From positions 3,944-67,943 of the forward strand of contig QZIV01000007.1 in NCBI GenBank assembly GCA_003599135.1: a stretch of 64,000 bases of DNA. The letters run 5' to 3'. Shown one piece after another: positions 56,658-64,000 of this stretch. Position numbers and translations under genes: made by a program. The stretch comes from Candidatus Parcubacteria bacterium (lineage in GTDB: Bacteria > Patescibacteriota > Minisyncoccia > UBA6257 > 2-01-FULL-56-20). The number at the start of each line of letters is the position of its first letter. The stretch's first letter is position 1. The notes beneath the pieces are model-generated. The model was not told the origin of the DNA. It ran no database searches and worked only from the letters and a program-made list of their open reading frames with translations.

Positions 56658-57371
56658 GTGATGGAAGAAACCGAATCGATTGTTGAAAAGAAAGGGCGCG
56701 ACAATTTTCTGCCGATAAGCATTCTGGTCGCGGCCGTTTTAATTTCGGGATCGATTCTCTATGCAATCGGGAGAACAGACACCCCTTCTCCTCGGGTGAT
56801 ACCTCCGCCAAACCCGAACGACGCCGCATCTCTCAAGGTTTCAGAGCGAGATGTTATTTTGGGAGACCCGAACGCACCCGTTACCCTCATTGAGTACGGC
56901 GACTATCAGTGCCCGTTCTGCGGTCAGTTTTTCAGTCAGGTGGAAGAACCGCTGCGCGAGGAATACATCAAGACCGGAAAGGTTAAGATGGTCTTCAGGA
57001 ACTTCCAATTTCTGGGGCCGGAGTCCGTTGCCGCGGCAGAAGCGGCCGAGTGCGCGAAAGATCAGAAGCAGTATTGGGCCTATCATGACTCGCTGTATCG
57101 AGAGGAAATTCGCGACGGAGAGGAGCACAACGGAAACTTGAATCGGGATCTCTTTTTGAGCATCGCCGCCGACCTCAAGCTCAATGTATCGGAATTTGTA
57201 AATTGCGTTGATAGCCGGAAGTACGGGGGTCTTATTGAAGAAGATCTCTCCGCTGCGAAGGGCATTGGAGTAAATTCGACGCCGACCACGTTTATAAACG
57301 GCGAAGAGGTGAGAGGTGCTCAGCCGTACAGCGTATTCAAGGCCGTTATCGAAAGGCTGCTTCAGGGATAG
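56658..57371 (+). CDS. DsbA/BdbD-family thiol-disulfide oxidoreductase
   Basis: N-terminal TM, GDPNAPVTLIEYGDYQCPFC, GVNSTPT, GAQPY. Confidence 0.92.
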   Translation: MMEETESIVEKKGRDNFLPISILVAAVLISGSILYAIGRTDTPSPRVIPPPNPNDAASLKVSERDVILGDPNAPVTLIEYGDYQCPFCGQFFSQVEEPLREEYIKTGKVKMVFRNFQFLGPESVAAAEAAECAKDQKQYWAYHDSLYREEIRDGEEHNGNLNRDLFLSIAADLKLNVSEFVNCVDSRKYGGLIEEDLSAAKGIGVNSTPTTFINGEEVRGAQPYSVFKAVIERLLQG

Positions 57372-57434
57372 TTTCTTCGTTACTTTAGAGAGAGTAGACG
57401 AAAAAAGGGCGATACACATTATTTAAGAAAACAA

Positions 57435-57611
57435 ATGGCATTTACCCAAGACGGCGGGAGTTTCCAGCCACGGAAGATGTTTGACGTCAACGTGCAGTGC
57501 GGCCAGTGCGGTGCGAAGATCGACAAACTTCCTTTTGAGCCGGATCCGAGTCGCTTAAGCAATATTTTGTGCCGAGATTGCTACCGCTCAAAGCGGCAAG
57601 GCCAGCGCTAG
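57435..57611 (+). CDS. 58-aa CxxC-x20-CxxC zinc-ribbon mini-protein (CxxC-x17-CxxC family-like); absent from the supplied ORF track
   Basis: Hand translation: MAFTQDGGSFQPRKMFDVNVQCGQCGAKIDKLPFEPDPSRLSNILCRDCYRSKRQGQR*. Confidence 0.85.
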   Translation: MAFTQDGGSFQPRKMFDVNVQCGQCGAKIDKLPFEPDPSRLSNILCRDCYRSKRQGQR

Positions 57612-57704
57612 AGGCAAAAGTTATTAGAAGAATGCGGGTCAAGCGGCGCTAGCCGCTTGACTTTGTTTTTGCGAGGAGAGAAAATGAGATAACATACTGA
57701 ATAC

Positions 57705-57890
57705 ATGACCACTCGTTGGATCGAAATCGGGCTGGGAGTTTGGATTATTGTTTCGCCCTGGATCCTCGGGTTTTCGAGCATCTCGATTATGAAGTGGAGC
57801 AACGTGATTGTAGGAATGTGTCTCGTTCTTCTCCATGTTTGGATGATTTTCGGAGAGAAAGGCGATCGGAGTCAGGGAAGCGTACAATAA
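57705..57890 (+). CDS. SPW-repeat membrane mini-protein
   Basis: LGVWIIVSPWILGF...WSNVIVG two-helix SPW unit. Confidence 0.8.
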   Translation: MTTRWIEIGLGVWIIVSPWILGFSSISIMKWSNVIVGMCLVLLHVWMIFGEKGDRSQGSVQ

Positions 57891-57927
57891 CGAAGGTCGA
57901 AAAACATCGGAAAACAAGCAATATACT

Positions 57928-58164
57928 ATGGCAAACGTTAAAATCTACAGCACCCCAACCTGCGTTTACTGCAAAATGACGAAAGAGTTCTTTGCGAAGA
58001 ACAATATCCAATATCAGGAATTCAACGTTGCAGAAGACGCCAAAGCTCGCGAGGAGATGGTGCAAAAATCGCGTCAGCTCGGCGTGCCGGTGATCGATAT
58101 TGACGGTGCAATCTACGTAGGGTACGACCGGAACGCTCTGGCGAAAGCCCTGAATATTCAGTAG
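57928..58164 (+). CDS. Glutaredoxin-like/NrdH-redoxin
   Basis: YSTPTCVYC, GVPVI, VGYD. Confidence 0.92.
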   Translation: MANVKIYSTPTCVYCKMTKEFFAKNNIQYQEFNVAEDAKAREEMVQKSRQLGVPVIDIDGAIYVGYDRNALAKALNIQ

Positions 58165-58180
58165 GGAGGATATTTTCGAC

Positions 58181-59107
58181 ATGTACGACCTCATTATCGT
58201 TGGCGGCGGCCCCGGCGGAGTTGCCGCGGGCGTCTATGCCGCCCGGAAAAGAATAAAAGTGCTTCTTGTGACCGACACCTTCGGTGGGCAGTCTTTGGTT
58301 TCCGCCGACGTCCAGAACTGGATTGGCACAAAGTCCGTCTCGGGTTTTGATCTCGGGAAAATGCTCGAGGAGCACCTCCGAGCGCAGGAAGGAATCGAAA
58401 TCATCGACGGCGATCTCGTGGAAGAAGTGGGGAAAATTGAAGGGGGGTTTCAGGTGAAGACGAAATCGGGGAAATCTTTTGAGACAAAGTACGTACTTAT
58501 TACGTCGGGAAGCCGCCGGAGGAAGCTCCAGGTGCCCGGCGAGAAAGAATTTGAAAGCAAGGGAGTGTTTTACTGCTCGATCTGCGATGCGCCCGTTATG
58601 AAAGACAAAGTTTCCGTAGTTGTTGGCGGCGGGAACGCGGGCCTCGAAGCGGTGCTCGACCTTCTGCCCTACGCCACGAAGATTTACCTTCTTGAGCGCG
58701 GAGAGCACATCAAGGGAGACCCGGTAACGTTCGAGAAGATTAAAAAGGATCCGAAAGTCGAAGTTTTGACGCAGACAGAGACCCTGGAGATCAAAGGTAA
58801 AGATTTCGTAACGGGTCTTGTCTATAAAGATCTCCAAACCGGGAAATCGGCGGAACTTGCGCTCGACGGCGTTTTCGTCGAGATCGGGGCGGTCCCGAAT
58901 TCCGAGTTCGTAAAAGATCTCGTGGAACGGAATCCGTTCGGGGAGATTGTCGTCGACCACAAGACCCAGGCGACGTCCTGCCCGGGCATCTGGGCGGTGG
59001 GAGATGCAACCGACGTTCTCTATAAGCAGAACAATATCTCGGCGGGAGACGCCGTAAAGGCAGTTTTGAACATCTACGAGCGTATTTCAAAGGGAAAAGG
59101 GGCTTGA
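58181..59107 (+). CDS. trxB: Thioredoxin reductase (AhpF C-terminal-like)
   Basis: GGGPGG, FGGQ, CSICD, GGGNAG, GIWAVGD. Confidence 0.88.
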   Translation: MYDLIIVGGGPGGVAAGVYAARKRIKVLLVTDTFGGQSLVSADVQNWIGTKSVSGFDLGKMLEEHLRAQEGIEIIDGDLVEEVGKIEGGFQVKTKSGKSFETKYVLITSGSRRRKLQVPGEKEFESKGVFYCSICDAPVMKDKVSVVVGGGNAGLEAVLDLLPYATKIYLLERGEHIKGDPVTFEKIKKDPKVEVLTQTETLEIKGKDFVTGLVYKDLQTGKSAELALDGVFVEIGAVPNSEFVKDLVERNPFGEIVVDHKTQATSCPGIWAVGDATDVLYKQNNISAGDAVKAVLNIYERISKGKGA

Positions 59108-59133
59108 CAGGGTTTCGGATCCTGCGCTAAACT
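59104..59133 (+). promoter_or_regulatory. groESL promoter
   Basis: TTGACA (59104-09), 18 nt spacer, TAAACT (59128-33). Confidence 0.6.
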
Positions 59134-59136
59134 CTC

Positions 59137-59163
59137 TTGGCACTCTACGGTCGAGAGTGCCAA
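59137..59163. promoter_or_regulatory. CIRCE element (HrcA operator)
   Basis: TTGGCACTC-N9-GAGTGCCAA perfect inverted repeat upstream of groES. Confidence 0.93.
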
Positions 59164-59176
59164 TCTTTTATTCAGT

Positions 59177-59467
59177 ATGACGTTTCAACCATTATCAAAC
59201 CACGTTTTTCTCGAACCGCTCGAGGAGGAGAAGACCACGAAGTCTGGTATTGTTCTCCCCGACACGGCGGAGCGTGAAAAACCGATTAAGGGCAAGGTGC
59301 TCGCCACGGGCCCCGGGAAAGTGAACGAGAAGGGCGAGCGGGTGCAGATGTCGGTCAAGGTCGGCGACATGGTTCTCTTCAAGAAGTACGGCCCCGATGA
59401 AATCGAAATCGAGGGGAAGAAGTATCTTGTTGGAGACGAGGACGATATCCTAGCGATTCTCAAATAA
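59177..59467 (+). CDS. groES: Co-chaperonin GroES
   Basis: FQPLSNHV, TKSGIVLPDTA, GPG, VKVGD, DILAI. Confidence 0.96.
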   Translation: MTFQPLSNHVFLEPLEEEKTTKSGIVLPDTAEREKPIKGKVLATGPGKVNEKGERVQMSVKVGDMVLFKKYGPDEIEIEGKKYLVGDEDDILAILK

Positions 59468-59471
59468 GAAG

Positions 59472-61115
59472 ATGGCAAAACAAATTTTATTCCACGAAAA
59501 CGCCCGAAGCGCGATCAAAAAAGGGATCGATAAACTCGCGGAGGCGGTCCGGATGACGCTCGGTCCCCGCGGCCGCGCGGTTATCATAGAAAAGAGCTAC
59601 GGCGCGCCCCAGGTAACCTTCGACGGCGTGACCGTCGCGAAAGAAATCGAGCTTGAAGGAAAGTACGAAAATATCGGCGCGGAGTTCATTAAACAGGCGG
59701 CCGAGAAGACGAACGACAACGTCGGAGATGGAACGACAACCTCCGTCGTTTTGGCTCACGCGATGATCGATGAGGGAGAGAAAGTCATCCGCGAGAAGGC
59801 GTTTAACGTCATTCACCTCGCGGAGGAGCTCAAAAAATACAGCCAGACTGTTTTGAAGAATCTCGAAGGGCAGAAAGAACTTATTAACGACAACAAAAAA
59901 ATCGAAGAGGTGGCGACGCTCTCTTCAAAGGACGAAAATATCGGCAAGCTCATCGCCGAAGTGATGGTAAAGGTGGGCCGGGACGGAGTCGTAACCGTCG
60001 AGGACTCAAACACGATCGGCAATTCCTACGAGATGGTGGAAGGAATGCAGTTCGATCGCGGCTACGTCTCGCCGTATATGGTTACAAATCAGGAACGAAT
60101 GGACGCGGTCCTCGAAGACCCCTACATTCTCGTGACCGAAGAAAAAATCTCGGCGATTAGCGACCTTCTCCCGGTTCTCGAAAAGATCGTCCAGGGCGGG
60201 AAGAAGGAACTTGTGATTATTGCCGAAGAAGTCGAGGGCGAAGCGCTTGCGACCTTAATCGTAAACAAACTTCGCGGCGTCTTCAGTGTCCTCGCGGTAA
60301 AAGCTCCCGGCTTCGGCGACAGGCGGAAAGAGATGCTCCAGGATATCGCGATCGTGACCGGGGCGCAGTTCGTCTCAAAGGATCTCGGCAAGAAACTGGA
60401 GAACGTTGAACTTGCGGATCTCGGCCACGCGCACCGGGTCGTTTCGAACAAAGATAATACAACGATCGTAGGAGGAAAAGGGGATAAGAAGGAAATCGAG
60501 AATCGCATCTCACAGCTCAAGGCCCAGATTAAAAAGACGGATTCCGATTTCGACAAAGAAAAACTCCAGGAGCGGCTTGGGAAGCTTGCGGGCGGCGTTG
60601 CGGTGATCAAAGTTGGTGCCCCGACCGAATCCGCGCAGAAAGAGTTGAAACAGCGCGTCGAGGACGCGGTTGCCGCGACTCGCGCCGCAATGGAAGAGGG
60701 AATCGTTCCCGGCGGCGGCGTTGCGCTCTTCAATGCGAATCTCGGAGAGTCTTCCGACGCTCCGGCGAGCGAAGCCGTGATGATACTCCAGAGAACGCTC
60801 GAGGCGCCCCTCCGCGCGATTATCTCAAACAGCGGCGAATCTCCCGAGCGCATCATCGATCAGATCAAGCGTGAACGCGCGAAGGGCAACAAATGGGTCG
60901 GTTTCAACGCGGTAACGAATAAGGTGGGAGACTTAAAAGAAGCGGGCATCATCGATCCTTTGAAAGTCACGAAGACCGCGTTCGTAAATGCGGTATCAGT
61001 TGCAAGCAACTACTTGATGGTAGGCGCCGCTGTCGCGAACATCCCCGAAAAGAAAAGTCCTCCGTCGGGCGGAGGCGGCATGGGAATGCCGGGCGGAATG
61101 GGTGAAGACTACTAA
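59472..61115 (+). CDS. groEL: Chaperonin GroEL
   Basis: TLGPRG, DGVTVAKEI, GDGTTT, EGMQFDRGY, KAPGFGDRRK, GGM tail. Confidence 0.98.
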   Translation: MAKQILFHENARSAIKKGIDKLAEAVRMTLGPRGRAVIIEKSYGAPQVTFDGVTVAKEIELEGKYENIGAEFIKQAAEKTNDNVGDGTTTSVVLAHAMIDEGEKVIREKAFNVIHLAEELKKYSQTVLKNLEGQKELINDNKKIEEVATLSSKDENIGKLIAEVMVKVGRDGVVTVEDSNTIGNSYEMVEGMQFDRGYVSPYMVTNQERMDAVLEDPYILVTEEKISAISDLLPVLEKIVQGGKKELVIIAEEVEGEALATLIVNKLRGVFSVLAVKAPGFGDRRKEMLQDIAIVTGAQFVSKDLGKKLENVELADLGHAHRVVSNKDNTTIVGGKGDKKEIENRISQLKAQIKKTDSDFDKEKLQERLGKLAGGVAVIKVGAPTESAQKELKQRVEDAVAATRAAMEEGIVPGGGVALFNANLGESSDAPASEAVMILQRTLEAPLRAIISNSGESPERIIDQIKRERAKGNKWVGFNAVTNKVGDLKEAGIIDPLKVTKTAFVNAVSVASNYLMVGAAVANIPEKKSPPSGGGGMGMPGGMGEDY

Positions 61116-61126
61116 TCCGGTTTTGG

Positions 61127-61163
61127 ACTAAAAATCCCCAGCGTCACGCTGGGGATTTTTAGT
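61127..61163. terminator. Bidirectional intrinsic terminator between groEL and folA
   Basis: Perfect 17-bp stem ACTAAAAATCCCCAGCG-TCA-CGCTGGGGATTTTTAGT; overlaps the folA stop codon. Confidence 0.88.
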
Positions 61164-61635
61164 TTCTGCGCTTGTACGTTGTGAACCGAAAACCTTCGTG
61201 AAGTTCTTCTTCTGCGGTCGCCCAGTCGCCGTTCTTGATTTCCGGAAAGAATACATCGCCCTCAACGTCTTTTTCGACGTGCGTGATGTAGAGCACATCG
61301 GCTTTGTCGATCGTTTGCTTAAAAACTTCTCCGCCGCCGATTACGTACACATCTTTCCCTTCGAGGCTTTTGAACGCCTCTTCAATCGATGTGAAATGCA
61401 AAACTCCCGGCGCAACCTCATAGTCGGCATGCCTCGTTATGACGACGTTCGTCCGGTCGGGCAGGGGCTTTCCGTTCCGCTTCAAAATCGACTCAAAAGT
61501 TTTCCGGCCCATAAGCACGGTTTTACCTTTTGTAAGAGTGCGGAAGCGCTTCAAATCCTCCGGCAAGTACCACGGCAGGTCGTTTTTGGCACCAATGACG
61601 CCGTTTTGGGCAACCGCGGCGACGAGCGCAATCAT
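61159..61635 (-). CDS. folA: Dihydrofolate reductase
   Basis: NGVIG, LPWYLPEDL, MGRKTFES, PLPDRTNVV, IGGG, GDVFFP. Confidence 0.96.
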   Translation of the reverse strand: MIALVAAVAQNGVIGAKNDLPWYLPEDLKRFRTLTKGKTVLMGRKTFESILKRNGKPLPDRTNVVITRHADYEVAPGVLHFTSIEEAFKSLEGKDVYVIGGGEVFKQTIDKADVLYITHVEKDVEGDVFFPEIKNGDWATAEEELHEGFRFTTYKRRN

Positions 61636-61638
61636 GGG

Positions 61639-62481
61639 TTACACCGCAACCGGGAACTTGATCGCCGGATGGGGGTTATAGTTTTCAAGCTTAAAATCTT
61701 CAAACATTAGTTCCCAAAACGGCTTTTTGGCGATGGCAAGAGTCGGCTTTTCTTTCGGTGTTCGGGAAAGCTGTTCTTTCGCTCCCTCGACGTGATTCGC
61801 GTAGATATGGCAGTCGTTCAAGTAATGGCTGAACTCCCCGATCTTGAAACCGCACTCTTGGGCGAGCATTTGTGTGAGGGTTGCGTAGCAGGCGATGTTG
61901 AAGGGAACGCCGATCATAAGGTCCGCAGAGCGCTGGGTGAGGTGACAGTTTAGGCGGCCGTCCGCGCTTACGTGAAACATGAAGAGGAGATGACACGAAG
62001 GGAGAATGGGCCGCTTCGGGTCGTCCTTCGGCCGGTGGAGATCGGATGGGTTCCAGGCGGTTACGATCATCCGTCTGTCGTTCGGGTCGGTTTTGAGCTT
62101 GTCGATCACGTTCTGAACTTGGTTGATATGGTTCAGCGTGATTTTCCCCGTCTCCGGATCTTCGAGATACTGTTCCCACTTGACCCACTGGTAGCCGTAG
62201 AGGTTCCCGACCTCCCAATTTTTTTCTTCGGAGGTCCACGGGTCCCAGATCTTCGTATGCTGACGGAGATTTCGTATGTGAGTCTCGCCCGTTAAATACC
62301 AGAGGAGTTCCCGGATCACGGCATCAAAATTCACCTTTTTCGTGGTGAGGAGCGGGAATCCCTCGGCGAGGTTGATTTTGTAGTGGACGCCGAAATACGA
62401 AATCGCATCGACGCCGGTGCGGTTTGTTTTTCGCTGGCCCTTTTCGAGCACAAGCCGTACTGCGTCCAAATACTCTTTCAT
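61639..62481 (-). CDS. thyA: Thymidylate synthase
   Basis: NRTG, FPLLTTK, ELLW, YGYQW, PSCH, QRSAD, PFNIA, HIYANH. Confidence 0.97.
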   Translation of the reverse strand: MKEYLDAVRLVLEKGQRKTNRTGVDAISYFGVHYKINLAEGFPLLTTKKVNFDAVIRELLWYLTGETHIRNLRQHTKIWDPWTSEEKNWEVGNLYGYQWVKWEQYLEDPETGKITLNHINQVQNVIDKLKTDPNDRRMIVTAWNPSDLHRPKDDPKRPILPSCHLLFMFHVSADGRLNCHLTQRSADLMIGVPFNIACYATLTQMLAQECGFKIGEFSHYLNDCHIYANHVEGAKEQLSRTPKEKPTLAIAKKPFWELMFEDFKLENYNPHPAIKFPVAV

Positions 62482-62549
62482 CGTTGCAGTAACTATATCA
62501 AAGAGGTTTCGCTTGCGCTACTTTTCGATTGAGGTATAATCTTCCTCAC

Positions 62550-63092
62550 ATGGAATACCTTCTGATAATTCTCGCGGTTATCGTTGTCTGGGTTATTTTA
62601 GTTTACAACCGCCTCGTAACGCTCCGGAACCGCGTTAAGGAAGCGTGGTCTGATATCGACGTGCAGTTGAAGCGCCGATACGACCTCATCCCGAACCTTG
62701 TCGAAACCGTAAAAGGATATATGACTCACGAGCGCGGCGTGTTTGAAAAAGTGACGGAAGCTCGCGCAAAGGCGATGGGCGCGACTCCGGGCCACGAAAA
62801 AGCGGGAGCGGAGAACATGCTCACGGGCGCCTTGAAGAGTTTGTTCGCGGTTGCCGAAAATTACCCCCAGCTCAAAGCGAATGAGAACTTCGGAAAACTC
62901 CAGGACGAGCTTTCGGACACCGAGAATAAAATCCAGGCAGCGCGGAGGTTCTATAACGGGAACGTACTGGCCTTGAACACGAAAGTAGAAACCTTCCCGT
63001 CGAACCTCATCGCTGGCGCGTTCGGATTCAAGAAACAGGAGTTTTTCGAGGCGGAAGGGGAAGCAGGACGGCCCGTTAAAGTCGGCTTTTAG
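62550..63092 (+). CDS. lemA: LemA family protein
   Basis: [46 protein letters not shown]; TATAAT 9 nt before ATG 62550. Confidence 0.95.
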   Translation: MEYLLIILAVIVVWVILVYNRLVTLRNRVKEAWSDIDVQLKRRYDLIPNLVETVKGYMTHERGVFEKVTEARAKAMGATPGHEKAGAENMLTGALKSLFAVAENYPQLKANENFGKLQDELSDTENKIQAARRFYNGNVLALNTKVETFPSNLIAGAFGFKKQEFFEAEGEAGRPVKVGF

Positions 63093-63104
63093 AACTTGCG
63101 TTCG

Positions 63105-63989
63105 ATGGCGTCTCTCTACGACCACAAAGAGTCTAATATTCGGCGCACATGGGCGCTCTTTACGGGGTTCCTGATACTCGTCATCGGTTTGGGGTTCGCG
63201 TTCTCGTATGTCTTCCAAAGCCGTGCCATTCTCGCGTTTGCAATACTCTTCAGCGTCATCACGAGCTTCATCGGCTACTGGTCGTCCGACAAGATCGCCC
63301 TGGCGATCTCCGGCGCCCGGCCTACCGAGAAAAAGGAAAACCCTTATCTTTGGAACATAGTCGAGAACCTCTCGATTACTGCGGGGCTTCCGATGCCGAA
63401 GCTCTACATTACGCCGGAGAAGCAGATCAACGCCTTTGCGACGGGGCGGAACCCCGAGAACGCGGTGATCGCGGTGACGCAGGGCGCGTTGGAGAAACTC
63501 GAAAACGAAGAACTTGAAGGAGTACTCGCCCATGAGCTGTCACATGTCGGCAACCGCGACATTTTGGTCTCGACCGTTGCGGTTGTGCTTGCGGGCGTGA
63601 TTTCCATGCTTGCGGATTTCTTCCTGCGCTCGATGCTTTGGGGCGGCCGGAGCCGCGACAACCGGGGAGCGGGAGGGATTCTTATCGTTCTTGGAATTGC
63701 CCTTGCGATCCTCGCGCCCTTGGGAGCCATGCTCATGCGGCTTGCGATCTCGCGGAAGCGGGAGTTTCTTGCGGACGCCTCGGGGTCGCTCCTTACGCGT
63801 TATCCCGAAGGCCTAGCCCGCGCACTCGAGAAAATCGGCCGTGATGCCGCTCCCATGCGGGCGGCGCACGACTCAACCGCGCATCTCTGGATTTCGAATC
63901 CCTTCAAGGGGAAAGGGTTTCACAAGTTATTCATGACCCATCCTCCGCTCGAGGATCGCGTGAAAGCGCTTCGCGGAATGTCTCTATGA
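63105..63989 (+). CDS. htpX: Zinc metalloprotease HtpX (M48)
   Basis: NAFATGRNP, AHELSH, SRKREFLAD, LARALEKI, THPP. Confidence 0.95.
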   Translation: MASLYDHKESNIRRTWALFTGFLILVIGLGFAFSYVFQSRAILAFAILFSVITSFIGYWSSDKIALAISGARPTEKKENPYLWNIVENLSITAGLPMPKLYITPEKQINAFATGRNPENAVIAVTQGALEKLENEELEGVLAHELSHVGNRDILVSTVAVVLAGVISMLADFFLRSMLWGGRSRDNRGAGGILIVLGIALAILAPLGAMLMRLAISRKREFLADASGSLLTRYPEGLARALEKIGRDAAPMRAAHDSTAHLWISNPFKGKGFHKLFMTHPPLEDRVKALRGMSL

Positions 63990-64000
63990 CCTACCGCTTC

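Overview
Gene-dense bacterial window (code 11) that most resembles a Patescibacteria/CPR (Parcubacteria-like) genome. This taxonomic call is inferred from gene content, sparse Shine-Dalgarno use and short palindromic repeats. The left end (1-11 kb) is mostly housekeeping: ileS (5' truncated), trpS, rnj, tRNA-Leu(CAG), an orphan peptide-binding protein, secG, gpmI and rny, plus a small NUDIX-cupin operon. From about 11 to 56.6 kb is one large surface-glycosylation region. It holds two O-antigen-ligase-like proteins, gmd/gmm, three Fcl-like paralogs with different catalytic residues, a GT2 + YfhO (GT-C) pair with a Gfo/Idh/MocA-FAD oxidoreductase fusion, FkbM, a sugar C-methyltransferase, rmlB, a complete GDP-heptose pathway, wzx, a WcaJ-like initiating transferase and many GTs. 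The right end carries a redox cluster (DsbA, CxxC mini-protein, SPW protein, glutaredoxin, TrxB), CIRCE-groES-groEL, folA-thyA and lemA-htpX. The best candidate for an undescribed system is the 24.1-31.9 kb module, inferred to make and transfer an activated rare ketose or hexitol. It comprises PGI/PMI, a polyol dehydrogenase, two BcbE-like nucleotidyltransferases flanking a GDPD-type phosphodiesterase, an orphan DxD protein, a GatZ/KbaZ-like epimerase, a cupin and an SDR. Other notable signals are an in-frame 30-bp palindromic insertion in ileS, widespread leaderless promoter architecture and a structured rny leader. All product calls come from motif recognition only; no searches were run.
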